DNA of 64,000 nucleotides from Eledone cirrhosa (Eukaryota): positions 134,602,001 through 134,666,000 of the forward strand of contig OZ024744.1 of NCBI GenBank assembly GCA_964016885.1. The letters run 5' to 3'. Below are positions 12,345-26,293 of this stretch, in pieces; the first letter of the stretch is position 1, and every line of letters starts with the position of its first letter. The notes below the pieces were generated by a model. The model saw nothing but the letters and a program-made list of their open reading frames with translations, was not told the DNA's origin and made no database searches. The translations under genes were made by a program, and so were the position numbers.

Positions 12345-15300
12345 GGTTAAGTTAAGTTGGTGTTAAGTTATGTTGGGGCTAAGTTAAGTTGGGGCTGAGT
12401 TAAGTTGGGGCTGAGTTAAGTTGGGGTTAAGTTAAGTTGGGGTTGAGTTAAGTTGGGGTTAAGTTAAGTTGGGGTCAAGTTAAAGTGGGGTTAAGTTGGG
12501 GTTAAGTTAAGTTAGGTTTAAGTTAAGTTGGGGTTAAGTTAAGTTGGGGTTAAGTTAAGTTGGGGTTAAGTTAAGTTGGGGTTAAGTTAAGTTGGGGTTA
12601 AGTTAATTTGTGGTTAAGTTAAGTTGGGGTTAAGTTAAGTTCGGGTTAAGTTAAGTTGGGGTTAAGTTAAGTCGGGGTTAAGTTAAGTTGGGGTTAAGTT
12701 AAGTTGGGGTTAATTTAAGTTGGGGTTAAGTTAAGTTGGGGTTAAGTTAAGTTGGGGTTAAGTTAAGTTGGGGTTAAGTTAAGTTGAGGTTAAGTTAAGT
12801 TGGGGTTAAATTAAGTTGGGGTTAAGTTAAGTTGGGGTTAAGTTAAGTTGGGGTTAAGTTAAGTTGGGGATAAGTTAAGTTGGGGATAATTTAAGTTGGG
12901 GTTAAGTTAAGTTGGGTTTAAGTTAAGTTGGGGTTAAGTTAAGTTGGGGATAAGTTAAGTTGGGGTTAAGTTAAGTTGGGGTTAAGTTAAGTTGGGGTTA
13001 AGTTAAGTTGGGGCTAAGTTAAGTTGGGGCTGAGTTAAGTTGGGGTTAAATTAAGTTGGGGTTAAGTTAAGTTGGGGTTAAGTTAAGTTGGGGTTTATTT
13101 AAGTTGGGGTTAAATTAAGTTGGGGTTCAGTTAAGTTGGGGTTAAGTTAAGTTGGGGTTAAGATGGGGTTAAATTAAGTTGGGGTTAAGTTAAGTTGGGG
13201 TTAAGTTAAGTTGGGGTTAAGTTAAGTTGGGGTTAAGTTAAGTCGGGGTTAAGTTAAGTCGGGGTTAAGTTAAGTTAGGGTTCAGTTAAGTTGGGGTTAA
13301 GTTAAGTTGGGGTTGAGTTAAGTTGGGGTTGAGTTAAATTGGGGTTGAGTTAAGTTGGGGTTGAGTTAAGTTGGTTTTGAGTTGAGTTGGGGTTAAGTTA
13401 AGTTGGGGTTAAGTTAAGTTGGGGTCAAGTTAAGTTGGGGTTAAGTTAAGTTGGTTAGTTAAGTTGAGTTTAAGTTAAGTTGGGGTTAATTTAAGTTGGG
13501 GTTAAGTTAAGTTGGGGTTAAGTTAAGTTGGGGTTAAGTTAAGTTGGGGTTAAGTTAAGTTGGGGTTAAGTTAAGTCGGGGTTAATTTAAGTCGGGGTTA
13601 AGTTAAGTTAGGGTTCAGTTAAGTTGGGGTTAAGTTAAGTTGGGGTTGAGTTAAGTTGGGGTTGAGTTAAATTGGGGTTGAGTTAAGTTGGTGTTGAGTT
13701 AAGTTGGTGTTGAGTTAAGTTGGGGTTAAGTTAAGTTGGGGTTAAGTTAAGTTGCAGTTAAGCTAAGTTGAGGTTTAGTTAAGGTGGGGTTAAGTTAAGT
13801 CGGGGTTAAGTTAAGTTGTGGTTGAGTTAAGTTGGGGTTAATTTAAGTTGGGGCTGAGTTAATTTGTGGTTAAGTTAAGCTGGGGTTAAGTTAAGTTGGG
13901 GTTGAGTTAAGTTGGGGTTGAGTTAATTTGGGGTTAAGTTAAGTTGGGGTTAATTTAAGTTGGGTTTAAGTTAAGTTGGGGTTAAATTAAGTTGGGGTTA
14001 AATTAAGTTGGGGTTAAGTTAAGTTGGGGGTAAGGTAAGTTGGGGGCAAGTTAAGTTGGGGTTAATTTAAGTTGGGGTTAAATTAAGTTGGGGTTACGTT
14101 AAGTTGGTGTTAAGTTAAGTTGGGGTTAATTTAAGTTGGGGTTAATTAAGTTGGGGTTAAGTTAAGTTGGGGTTAAGTTAAGTTGGGGTTATATTAAGTT
14201 GGGGTTAAGTTAAGTTGGGGTTCAGTTAAGTTGGGGATAAGTTAAGTTGGGGTTAAGTTAAGTTGGGGTTAATTAAGTTGGGGTTAAGTTAAGTTGGGGT
14301 TAAGTTAAGTTGGGGCTAAGTTAAGTTGCAGTTAAGTTAAGTTGAGGTTAAGTTAAGGTGGGGTTAAGTTAAGTCGGGGTTAAGTTAAGTTGTGGTTGAA
14401 TTAAGTTGGGGCTAAGTTAATTTGTGGTTAAGTTAAGTTGGGGTTAAGTTAAGTTGGGGTTAAGTTAAGTTGGGGTTGAGTTAAGTTGGGGTTGAGTTAA
14501 TTTGGGGTTAAGTTAAGTTGGGATTAAGTTAAGTTGGGTTTAAGTTAAGTTGGGGTTAAATTAAGTTGGGGTTAAATTAAGTTGGGGTTAAGTTAAGTTG
14601 GGGGTAAGTTAAGTTGGGGGCAAGTTAAGTTGGGGTTAATTTAAGTTGGGGTTAAATTAAGTTGGGGTAACGTTAAGTTGGTGTTAAGTTAAGTTGGGGT
14701 TAATTTAAGTTGGGGTTAATTAAGTTGGGGTTAAGTTAAGTTGGGGTTAAGTTAAGTTGGGGTTAATTTAAGTTGGGGTTGAGTTAAGTTGGGGTTGAGT
14801 TAAGTTGGGGATAAGTTAAGTTGGGGTTAAGTTAAGTTGGGGTTAAGTTAAGTTGGGGTTAAGTTAAGTTGGTGTTAAGTTAAGTTGGGGCTAAGTTAAG
14901 TTGGGGCTGAGTTAAGTTGGGGCTGAGTTAAGTTGGGGTTAAGTTAAGTTGGGGTTGAGTTAAGTTGGGGTTAAGTTAAGTTGGGGTCAAGTTAAGTTGG
15001 GGTTAAGTTGGGGTTAAGTTAAGTTAGGTTTAAGTTAAGTTGGGGTTAAGTTAAGTTGGGGTTAAGTTAAGTTGGGGTTAAGTTAAGTTGGGGTTAAGTT
15101 AAGTTGGTGTTAAGTTAATTTGTGGTTAAGTTAAGTTGGGGTTAAGTTAAGTTTGGGTTAAGTTAAGTTTGGGTTAAGTTAAGTCGGGGTTAAGTTAAGT
15201 TGGGGTTAAGTTAAGTTGGGGTTAATTTAAGTTGGGGTTAAGTTAAGTTGGGGTTAAGTTAAGTTGGGGTTAAGTTAAGTTGGGGTTAAGTTAAGTTGGG

Positions 15301-18300
15301 GTTAAGTTAAGTTGAGGTTAAGTTAAGTTGGGGTTAAATTAAGTTGGGGTTAAGTTAAGTTGGGGTTAAGTTAAGTTGGGGTTAAGTTAAGTTGGGGATA
15401 AGTTAAGTTGGGGATAATTTAAGTTGGGGTTAAGTTAAGTTGGGTTTAAGTTAAGTTGGGGTTAAGTTAAGTTGGGGATAAGTTAAGTTGGGGTTAAGTT
15501 AAGTTGGGGATAAGTTAAGTTGGGGTTAAGTTAAGTTGGGGCTAAGTTAAGTTGGGGCTGAGTTAAGTTGGGGTTAAGTTAAGTTGGGGTTAAGTTAAGT
15601 TGGGGTTAATTTAAGTTGGGGTTTATTTAAGTTGGGGTTACGTTAAGTTGGTGTTAAGTTAAGTTGGGGTTAATTTAAGTTGTGGTTAATTAAGTTGGGG
15701 TTAAGTTAAGTTGGGGTTAAGTTAAGTTGGGGTTAATTTAAGTTGGGGTTGAGTTAAGTTGGGGTTAAGTTAAGTTGGGGTTAAGTTAAGTTGGGGTTAA
15801 GTTAAGTTGGGGTTGAGTTAAGTTGGGGTTGAGTTAATTTGGGGTTAAGTTAAGTTGGGATTAAGTTAAGTTGGGTTTAAGTTAAGTTGGGGTTAAATTA
15901 AGTTGGGGTTAAATTAAGTTGGGGTTAAGTTAAGTTGGGGGTAAGTTAAGTTGGGGGCAAGTTAAGTTGGGGTTAATTTAAGTTGGGGTTAAATTAAGTT
16001 GGGGTAACGTTAAGTTGGTGTTAAGTTAAGTTGGGGTTAATTTAAGTTGGGGTTAATTAAGTTGGGGTTAAGTTAAGTTGGGGTTAAGTTAAGTTGGGGT
16101 TAATTTAAGTTGGGGTTGAGTTAAGTTGGGGTTGAGTTAAGTTGGGGATAAGTTAAGTTGGGGTTAAGTTAAGTTGGGGTTAAGTTAAGTTGGGGTTAAG
16201 TTAAGTTGGTGTTAAGTTAAGTTGGGGCTAAGTTAAGTTGGGGCTGAGTTAAGTTGGGGCTGAGTTAAGTTGGGGTTAAGTTAAGTTGGGGTTGAGTTAA
16301 GTTGGGGTTAAGTTAAGTTGGGGTCAAGTTAAGTTGGGGTTAAGTTGGGGTTAAGTTAAGTTAGGTTTAAGTTAAGTTGGGGTTAAGTTAAGTTGGGGTT
16401 AAGTTAAGTTGGGGTTAAGTTAAGTTGGGGTTAAGTTAAGTTGGTGTTAAGTTAAGTTGCAGTTAAGCTAAGTTGAGGTTTAGTTAAGGTGGGGTTAAGT
16501 TAAGTCGGGGTTAAGTTAAGTTGTGGTTGAGTTAAGTTGGGGTTAATTTAAGTTGGGGCTGAGTTAATTTGTGGTTAAGTTAAGCTGGGGTTAAGTTAAG
16601 TTGGGGTTGAGTTAAGTTGGGGTTGAGTTAATTTGGGGTTAAGTTAAGTTGGGGTTAATTTAAGTTGGGTTTAAGTTAAGTTGGGGTTAAATTAAGTTGG
16701 GGTTAAATTAAGTTGGGGTTAAGTTAAGTTGGGGGTAAGTTAAGTTGGGGGCAAGTTAAGTTGGGGTTAATTTAAGTTGGGGTTAAATTAAGTTGGGGTT
16801 ACGTTAAGTTGGTGTTAAGTTAAGTTGGGGTTAATTTAAGTTGGGGTTAATTAAGTTGGGGTTAAGTTAAGTTGGGGTTAAGTTAAGTTGGGGTTATATT
16901 AAGTTGGGGTTAAGTTAAGTTGGGGTTCAGTTAAGTTGGGGATAAGTTAAGTTGGGGTTAAGTTAAGTTGGGGTTAATTAAGTTGGGGTTAAGTTAAGTT
17001 GGGGTTAAGTTAAGTTGGGGCTAAGTTAAGTTGCAGTTAAGTTAAGTTGAGGTTAAGTTAAGGTGGGGTTAAGTTAAGTCGGGGTTAAGTTAAGTTGTGG
17101 TTGAATTAAGTTGGGGCTAAGTTAATTTGTGGTTAAGTTAAGTTGGGGTTAAGTTAAGTTGGGGTTAAGTTAAGTTGGGGTTGAGTTAAGTTGGGGTTGA
17201 GTTAATTTGGGGTTAAGTTAAGTTGGGATTAAGTTAAGTTGGGTTTAAGTTAAGTTGGGGTTAAATTAAGTTGGGGTTAAATTAAGTTGGGGTTAAGTTA
17301 AGTTGGGGGTAAGTTAAGTTGGGGGCAAGTTAAGTTGGGGTTAATTTAAGTTGGGGTTAAATTAAGTTGGGGTAACGTTAAGTTGGTGTTAAGTTAAGTT
17401 GGGGTTAATTTAAGTTGGGGTTAATTAAGTTGGGGTTAAGTTAAGTTGGGGTTAAGTTAAGTTGGGGTTAATTTAAGTTGGGGTTGAGTTAAGTTGGGGT
17501 TGAGTTAAGTTGGGGATAAGTTAAGTTGGGGTTAAGTTAAGTTGGGGTTAAGTTAAGTTGGGGTTAAGTTAAGTTGGTGTTAAGTTAAGTTGGGGCTAAG
17601 TTAAGTTGGGGCTGAGTTAAGTTGGGGCTGAGTTAAGTTGGGGTTAAGTTAAGTTGGGGTTGAGTTAAGTTGGGGTTAAGTTAAGTTGGGGTCAAGTTAA
17701 GTTGGGGTTAAGTTGGGGTTAAGTTAAGTTAGGTTTAAGTTAAGTTGGGGTTAAGTTAAGTTGGGGTTAAGTTAAGTTGGGGTTAAGTTAAGTTGGGGTT
17801 AAGTTAAGTTGGTGTTAAGTTAATTTGTGGTTAAGTTAAGTTGGGGTTAAGTTAAGTTTGGGTTAAGTTAAGTTGGGGTTAAGTTAAGTCGGGGTTAAGT
17901 TAAGTTGGGGTTAAGTTAAGTTGGGGTTAATTTAAGTTGGGGTTAAGTTAAGTTGGGGTTAAGTTAAGTTGGGGTTAAGTTAAGTTGGGGTTAAGTTAAG
18001 TTGGGGTTAAGTTAAGTTGAGGTTAAGTTAAGTTGGGGTTAAATTAAGTTGGGGTTAAGTTAAGTTGGGGTTAAGTTAAGTTGGGGTTAAGTTAAGTTGG
18101 GGATAAGTTAAGTTGGGGATAATTTAAGTTGGGGTTAAGTTAAGTTGGTGTTAAGTTATGTTGGGGCTAAGTTAAGTTGGGGCTGAGTTAAGTTGGGGCT
18201 GAGTTAAGTTGGGGTTAAGTTAAGTTGGGGTTGAGTTAAGTTGGGGTTAAGTTAAGTTGGGGTCAAGTTAAAGTGGGGTTAAGTTGGGGTTAAGTTAAGT

Positions 18301-21300
18301 TAGGTTTAAGTTAAGTTGGGGTTAAGTTAAGTTGGGGTTAAGTTAAGTTGGGGTTAAGTTAAGTTGGGGTTAAGTTAAGTTGGGGTTAAGTTAATTTGTG
18401 GTTAAGTTAAGTTGGGGTTAAGTTAAGTTCGGGTTAAGTTAAGTTGGGGTTAAGTTAAGTCGGGGTTAAGTTAAGTTGGGGTTAAGTTAAGTTGGGGTTA
18501 ATTTAAGTTGGGGTTAAGTTAAGTTGGGGTTAAGTTAAGTTGGGGTTAAGTTAAGTTGGGGTTAAGTTAAGTTGAGGTTAAGTTAAGTTGGGGTTAAATT
18601 AAGTTGGGGTTAAGTTAAGTTGGGGTTAAGTTAAGTTGGGGTTAAGTTAAGTTGGGGATAAGTTAAGTTGGGGATAATTTAAGTTGGGGTTAAGTTAAGT
18701 TGGGTTTAAGTTAAGTTGGGGTTAAGTTAAGTTGGGGATAAGTTAAGTTGGGGTTAAGTTAAGTTGGGGTTAAGTTAAGTTGGGGTTAAGTTAAGTTGGG
18801 GCTAAGTTAAGTTGGGGCTGAGTTAAGTTGGGGTTAAATTAAGTTGGGGTTAAGTTAAGTTGGGGTTAAGTTAAGTTGGGGTTTATTTAAGTTGGGGTTA
18901 AATTAAGTTGGGGTTCAGTTAAGTTGGGGTTAAGTTAAGTTGGGGTTAAGATGGGGTTAAATTAAGTTGGGGTTAAGTTAAGTTGGGGTTAAGTTAAGTT
19001 GGGGTTAAGTTAAGTTGGGGTTAAGTTAAGTCGGGGTTAAGTTAAGTCGGGGTTAAGTTAAGTTAGGGTTCAGTTAAGTTGGGGTTAAGTTAAGTTGGGG
19101 TTGAGTTAAGTTGGGGTTGAGTTAAATTGGGGTTGAGTTAAGTTGGGGTTGAGTTAAGTTGGTTTTGAGTTGAGTTGGGGTTAAGTTAAGTTGGGGTTAA
19201 GTTAAGTTGGGGTCAAGTTAAGTTGGGGTTAAGTTAAGTTGGTTAGTTAAGTTGAGTTTAAGTTAAGTTGGGGTTAATTTAAGTTGGGGTTAAGTTAAGT
19301 TGGGGTTAAGTTAAGTTGGGGTTAAGTTAAGTTGGGGTTAAGTTAAGTTGGGGTTAAGTTAAGTCGGGGTTAATTTAAGTCGGGGTTAAGTTAAGTTAGG
19401 GTTCAGTTAAGTTGGGGTTAAGTTAAGTTGGGGTTGAGTTAAGTTGGGGTTGAGTTAAATTGGGGTTGAGTTAAGTTGGTGTTGAGTTAAGTTGGTGTTG
19501 AGTTAAGTTGGGGTTAAGTTAAGTTGGGGTTAAGTTAAGTTGCAGTTAAGCTAAGTTGAGGTTTAGTTAAGGTGGGGTTAAGTTAAGTCGGGGTTAAGTT
19601 AAGTTGTGGTTGAGTTAAGTTGGGGTTAATTTAAGTTGGGGCTGAGTTAATTTGTGGTTAAGTTAAGCTGGGGTTAAGTTAAGTTGGGGTTGAGTTAAGT
19701 TGGGGTTGAGTTAATTTGGGGTTAAGTTAAGTTGGGGTTAATTTAAGTTGGGTTTAAGTTAAGTTGGGGTTAAATTAAGTTGGGGTTAAATTAAGTTGGG
19801 GTTAAGTTAAGTTGGGGGTAAGTTAAGTTGGGGGCAAGTTAAGTTGGGGTTAATTTAAGTTGGGGTTAAATTAAGTTGGGGTTACGTTAAGTTGGTGTTA
19901 AGTTAAGTTGGGGTTAATTTAAGTTGGGGTTAATTAAGTTGGGGTTAAGTTAAGTTGGGGTTAAGTTAAGTTGGGGTTATATTAAGTTGGGGTTAAGTTA
20001 AGTTGGGGTTCAGTTAAGTTGGGGATAAGTTAAGTTGGGGTTAAGTTAAGTTGGGGTTAATTAAGTTGGGGTTAAGTTAAGTTGGGGTTAAGTTAAGTTG
20101 GGGCTAAGTTAAGTTGCAGTTAAGTTAAGTTGAGGTTAAGTTAAGGTGGGGTTAAGTTAAGTCGGGGTTAAGTTAAGTTGTGGTTGAATTAAGTTGGGGC
20201 TAAGTTAATTTGTGGTTAAGTTAAGTTGGGGTTAAGTTAAGTTGGGGTTAAGTTAAGTTGGGGTTGAGTTAAGTTGGGGTTGAGTTAATTTGGGGTTAAG
20301 TTAAGTTGGGATTAAGTTAAGTTGGGTTTAAGTTAAGTTGGGGTTAAATTAAGTTGGGGTTAAATTAAGTTGGGGTTAAGTTAAGTTGGGGGTAAGTTAA
20401 GTTGGGGGCAAGTTAAGTTGGGGTTAATTTAAGTTGGGGTTAAATTAAGTTGGGGTAACGTTAAGTTGGTGTTAAGTTAAGTTGGGGTTAATTTAAGTTG
20501 GGGTTAATTAAGTTGGGGTTAAGTTAAGTTGGGGTTAAGTTAAGTTGGGGTTAATTTAAGTTGGGGTTGAGTTAAGTTGGGGTTGAGTTAAGTTGGGGAT
20601 AAGTTAAGTTGGGGTTAAGTTAAGTTGGGGTTAAGTTAAGTTGGGGTTAAGTTAAGTTGGTGTTAAGTTAAGTTGGGGCTAAGTTAAGTTGGGGCTGAGT
20701 TAAGTTGGGGCTGAGTTAAGTTGGGGTTAAGTTAAGTTGGGGTTGAGTTAAGTTGGGGTTAAGTTAAGTTGGGGTCAAGTTAAGTTGGGGTTAAGTTGGG
20801 GTTAAGTTAAGTTAGGTTTAAGTTAAGTTGGGGTTAAGTTAAGTTGGGGTTAAGTTAAGTTGGGGTTAAGTTAAGTTGGGGTTAAGTTAAGTTGGTGTTA
20901 AGTTAATTTGTGGTTAAGTTAAGTTGGGGTTAAGTTAAGTTTGGGTTAAGTTAAGTTTGGGTTAAGTTAAGTCGGGGTTAAGTTAAGTTGGGGTTAAGTT
21001 AAGTTGGGGTTAATTTAAGTTGGGGTTAAGTTAAGTTGGGGTTAAGTTAAGTTGGGGTTAAGTTAAGTTGGGGTTAAGTTAAGTTGGGGTTAAGTTAAGT
21101 TGAGGTTAAGTTAAGTTGGGGTTAAATTAAGTTGGGGTTAAGTTAAGTTGGGGTTAAGTTAAGTTGGGGTTAAGTTAAGTTGGGGATAAGTTAAGTTGGG
21201 GATAATTTAAGTTGGGGTTAAGTTAAGTTGGGTTTAAGTTAAGTTGGGGTTAAGTTAAGTTGGGGATAAGTTAAGTTGGGGTTAAGTTAAGTTGGGGATA

Positions 21301-23920
21301 AGTTAAGTTGGGGTTAAGTTAAGTTGGGGCTAAGTTAAGTTGGGGCTGAGTTAAGTTGGGGTTAAGTTAAGTTGGGGTTAAGTTAAGTTGGGGTTAATTT
21401 AAGTTGGGGTTTATTTAAGTTGGGGTTACGTTAAGTTGGTGTTAAGTTAAGTTGGGGTTAATTTAAGTTGGGGTTAATTAAGTTGGAGTTAAGTTAAGTT
21501 GGGGTTAAGTTAAGTTGGGGTTAATTTAAGTTGGGGTTGAGTTAAGTTGGGGTTAAGTTAAGTTGGGGTTAAGTTAAGTTGGGGTTAAGTTAAGTTGGGG
21601 TTGAGTTAAGTTGGGGTTGAGTTAATTTGGGGTTAAGTTAAGTTGGGATTAAGTTAAGTTGGGTTTAAGTTAAGTTGGGGTTAAATTAAGTTGGGGTTAA
21701 ATTAAGTTGGGGTTAAGTTAAGTTGGGGGTAAGTTAAGTTGGGGGCAAGTTAAGTTGGGGTTAATTTAAGTTGGGGTTAAATTAAGTTGGGGTAACGTTA
21801 AGTTGGTGTTAAGTTAAGTTGGGGTTAATTTAAGTTGGGGTTAATTAAGTTGGGGTTAAGTTAAGTTGGGGTTAAGTTAAGTTGGGGTTAATTTAAGTTG
21901 GGGTTGAGTTAAGTTGGGGTTGAGTTAAGTTGGGGATAAGTTAAGTTGGGGTTAAGTTAAGTTGGGGTTAAGTTAAGTTGGGGTTAAGTTAAGTTGGTGT
22001 TAAGTTAAGTTGGGGCTAAGTTAAGTTGGGGCTGAGTTAAGTTGGGGCTGAGTTAAGTTGGGGTTAAGTTAAGTTGGGGTTGAGTTAAGTTGGGGTTAAG
22101 TTAAGTTGGGGTCAAGTTAAGTTGGGGTTAAGTTGGGGTTAAGTTAAGTTAGGTTTAAGTTAAGTTGGGGTTAAGTTAAGTTGGGGTTAAGTTAAGTTGG
22201 GGTTAAGTTAAGTTGGGGTTAAGTTAAGTTGGTGTTAAGTTAAGTTGCAGTTAAGCTAAGTTGAGGTTTAGTTAAGGTGGGGTTAAGTTAAGTCGGGGTT
22301 AAGTTAAGTTGTGGTTGAGTTAAGTTGGGGTTAATTTAAGTTGGGGCTGAGTTAATTTGTGGTTAAGTTAAGCTGGGGTTAAGTTAAGTTGGGGTTGAGT
22401 TAAGTTGGGGTTGAGTTAATTTGGGGTTAAGTTAAGTTGGGGTTAATTTAAGTTGGGTTTAAGTTAAGTTGGGGTTAAATTAAGTTGGGGTTAAATTAAG
22501 TTGGGGTTAAGTTAAGTTGGGGGTAAGTTAAGTTGGGGGCAAGTTAAGTTGGGGTTAATTTAAGTTGGGGTTAAATTAAGTTGGGGTTACGTTAAGTTGG
22601 TGTTAAGTTAAGTTGGGGTTAATTTAAGTTGGGGTTAATTAAGTTGGGGTTAAGTTAAGTTGGGGTTAAGTTAAGTTGGGGTTATATTAAGTTGGGGTTA
22701 AGTTAAGTTGGGGTTCAGTTAAGTTGGGGATAAGTTAAGTTGGGGTTAAGTTAAGTTGGGGTTAATTAAGTTGGGGTTAAGTTAAGTTGGGGTTAAGTTA
22801 AGTTGGGGCTAAGTTAAGTTGCAGTTAAGTTAAGTTGAGGTTAAGTTAAGGTGGGGTTAAGTTAAGTCGGGGTTAAGTTAAGTTGTGGTTGAATTAAGTT
22901 GGGGCTAAGTTAATTTGTGGTTAAGTTAAGTTGGGGTTAAGTTAAGTTGGGGTTAAGTTAAGTTGGGGTTGAGTTAAGTTGGGGTTGAGTTAATTTGGGG
23001 TTAAGTTAAGTTGGGATTAAGTTAAGTTGGGTTTAAGTTAAGTTGGGGTTAAATTAAGTTGGGGTTAAATTAAGTTGGGGTTAAGTTAAGTTGGGGGTAA
23101 GTTAAGTTGGGGGCAAGTTAAGTTGGGGTTAATTTAAGTTGGGGTTAAATTAAGTTGGGGTAACGTTAAGTTGGTGTTAAGTTAAGTTGGGGTTAATTTA
23201 AGTTGGGGTTAATTAAGTTGGGGTTAAGTTAAGTTGGGGTTAAGTTAAGTTGGGGTTAATTTAAGTTGGGGTTGAGTTAAGTTGGGGTTGAGTTAAGTTG
23301 GGGATAAGTTAAGTTGGGGTTAAGTTAAGTTGGGGTTAAGTTAAGTTGGGGTTAAGTTAAGTTGGTGTTAAGTTAAGTTGGGGCTAAGTTAAGTTGGGGC
23401 TGAGTTAAGTTGGGGCTGAGTTAAGTTGGGGTTAAGTTAAGTTGGGGTTGAGTTAAGTTGGGGTTAAGTTAAGTTGGGGTCAAGTTAAGTTGGGGTTAAG
23501 TTGGGGTTAAGTTAAGTTAGGTTTAAGTTAAGTTGGGGTTAAGTTAAGTTGGGGTTAAGTTAAGTTGGGGTTAAGTTAAGTTGGGGTTAAGTTAAGTTGG
23601 TGTTAAGTTAATTTGTGGTTAAGTTAAGTTGGGGTTAAGTTAAGTTTGGGTTAAGTTAAGTTGGGGTTAAGTTAAGTCGGGGTTAAGTTAAGTTGGGGTT
23701 AAGTTAAGTTGGGGTTAATTTAAGTTGGGGTTAAGTTAAGTTGGGGTTAAGTTAAGTTGGGGTTAAGTTAAGTTGGGGTTAAGTTAAGTTGGGGTTAAGT
23801 TAAGTTGAGGTTAAGTTAAGTTGGGGTTAAATTAAGTTGGGGTTAAGTTAAGTTGGGGTTAAGTTAAGTTGGGGTTAAGTTAAGTTGGGGATAAGTTAAG
23901 TTGGGGATAATTTAAGTTGG
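12345..23920 (+). repeat. Tandem duplication of a 5,788-bp segment inside the left domain
   Basis: Two independent markers give the same offset of 5788: AAAGTGGGG at 12482 and 18270, and GTGTTAAGTTAAGTTGCAGTTAAGCTAAG with GCAG at 16459 and 22247. Ends are approximate. Confidence 0.8.
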
Positions 23921-26293
23921 GGTTAAGTTAAGTTGGGTTTAAGTTAAGTTGGGGTTAAGTTAAGTTGGGGATAAGTTAAGTTGGGGTTAAGTTAAGTTGG
24001 GGATAAGTTAAGTTGGGGTTAAGTTAAGTTGGGGCTAAGTTAAGTTGGGGCTGAGTTAAGTTGGGGTTAAGTTAAGTTGGGGTTAAGTTAAGTTGGGGTT
24101 AATTTAAGTTGGGGTTTATTTAAGTTGGGGTTACGTTAAGTTGGTGTTAAGTTAAGTTGGGGTTAATTTAAGTTGGGGTTAATTAAGTTGGGGTTAAGTT
24201 AAGTTGGGGTTAAGTTAAGTTGGGGTTAATTTAAGTTGGGGTTGAGTTAAGTTGGGGTTAAGTTAAGTTGGGGTTAAGTTAAGTTGAGGTTAAGTTAAGT
24301 TGGGGTTAAATTAAGTTGGGGTTAAGTTAAGTTGGGGTTAAGTTAAGTTGGGGTTAAGTTAAGTTGGGGATAAGTTAAGTTGGGGATAATTTAAGTTGGG
24401 GTTAAGTTAAGTTGGGTTTAAGTTAAGTTGGGGTTAAGTTAAGTTGGGGATAAGTTAAGTTGGGGTTAAGTTAAGTTGGGGTTAAGTTAAGTTGGGGTTA
24501 AGTTAAGTTGGGGCTAAGTTAAGTTGGGGCTGAGTTAAGTTGGGGTTAAGTTAAGTTGGGGTTAAGTTAAGTTGGGGTTAATTTAAGTTGGGGTTTATTT
24601 AAGTTGGGGTTACGTTAAGTTGGTGTTAAGTTAAGTTGGGGTTAATTTAAGTTGGGGTTAATTAAGTTGGGGTTAAGTTAAGTTGGGGTTAAGTTAAGTT
24701 GGGTTTAAGTTAAGTTGGGGTTCAGTTAAGTTGGGTATAAGTTAAGTTGGGTATAAGTTAAGTTGGGGTTAAGTTAAGTTGGGGTTAAGTTAAGTTGGTG
24801 TTAAGTTAAGTTGGGGCTAAGTTAAGTTGGGGCTGAGTTAAGTTGGGGCTGAGTTAAGTTGGGGTTAAGTTAAGTTGGGGTCAAGTTAAGTTGGGGTTAA
24901 GTTGGGGTTAAGTTAACTTAGGTTTAAGTTAAGATGGGGTTAAGTTAAGTTGGGGTTAAGTTAAGTTGGGGTTAAGTTAAGTTGGGGTTAAGTTAAGTTG
25001 GGGTTGATTTAATTTGTGGTTAAGTTAAGTTGGGGTTAAGTTAAGTTGGGGTTAAGTTAAGTTGGGGTTAAGTTAAGTCGGGGTTAAGTTAAGTTGGGGT
25101 TAAGTTAAGTTGGGGTTAAGTTAAGTTGGGGTTAAGTTAAGTTGGGGTCAAGTTAAGTTGGGGTTAAGTTGGGGTTAAGTTAAGGTAGGTTTAAGTTAAG
25201 TTGGGGTTAAGTTAAGTTGGGGTTAAGTTAAGTTGGGGTTAAGTTAATTTGTGGTTAAGTTAAGTTGGGGTTAAGTTAAGTTGGGGTTAAGTTAAGTTGG
25301 GGTTAAGTTAAGTCGGAGTTAATTTAAGTTGGGGTTAAGTTAAGTTGGGGTTAATTTAAGTTGGGGTTAAGTTAAGTTGGGGTTAAGTTAAGTTGGGGTT
25401 AAATTAAGTTGGGGTTAAGTTAAGTTGGGGTTAAGTCAAGTTGCGGTTAAGTTAAGTTGGGGATAAGTTAAGTTGGGGATAATTTAAGTTGGGGTTAAGT
25501 TAAGTTGGGTTTAAGTTAAGTTGGGGTTAAGTTAAGTTGGGGTTAAGTTAAGTTGGGGTTAAGTTAAGTTGGGGTTAAGTTAAGTTGGGGTTAAGTTAAG
25601 TTGGGGCTAAGTTAAGTTGGGGCTGAGTTAAGTTGGGGTTAAGTTAAGTTGGGCTTAATTTAAGTCGGGGTTAAGTTAAGTTAGGGTTCAGTTAAGTTGG
25701 GGTTAAGTTAAGTTGGGGTTGAGTTAAGTTGGGGTTGAGTTAAATTGGGGTTGAGTTAAGTTGGGGTTGAGTTAAGTTGGTGTTGAGTTAAGTTGGGGTT
25801 AAGTTAAGTTGGGGTTAAGTTAAGTTGCAGTTAAGTTAAGTTGAGGTTAAGTTAAGGTGCGGTTAAGTTAAGTTGGGGTTAAGTTAAGTTGGGGTTAAGT
25901 CAACTTGGGGCTAAGTTAAGTTGGGGCTAAGTTAAGTTGGGGCTAAGTTAAGTTGGGGTTAATTTAAGTTGGGGTTAAGTTAAGTCGGGGTTAAGTTAAG
26001 TTGGGGTTAAGTTAAGTTGGGGTTAATTTAAGTTGGGGTTAAGTTAAGTTGGGGTTAAGTTAAGTTGGGGTTAAGTTAAGTTGGGGTTAATTTAAGTTGT
26101 GTTTAAGTTAAGTTGGGGTTAAGTTAAGTTGGGGTTAAGTTAAGTTGGGGTTAAGTTAAGATGGTTAGTTAAGTTGAGTTTAAGTTAAGTTGGGGTTAAT
26201 TTAAGTTGGGGTTAAGTTATGTTGGGGTTAAGTTAAGTTGGGGTTAAGTTAAGTTGGGGTTAAGTTAAGTTGGGGTTAAGTTAAGTTGGGGTT

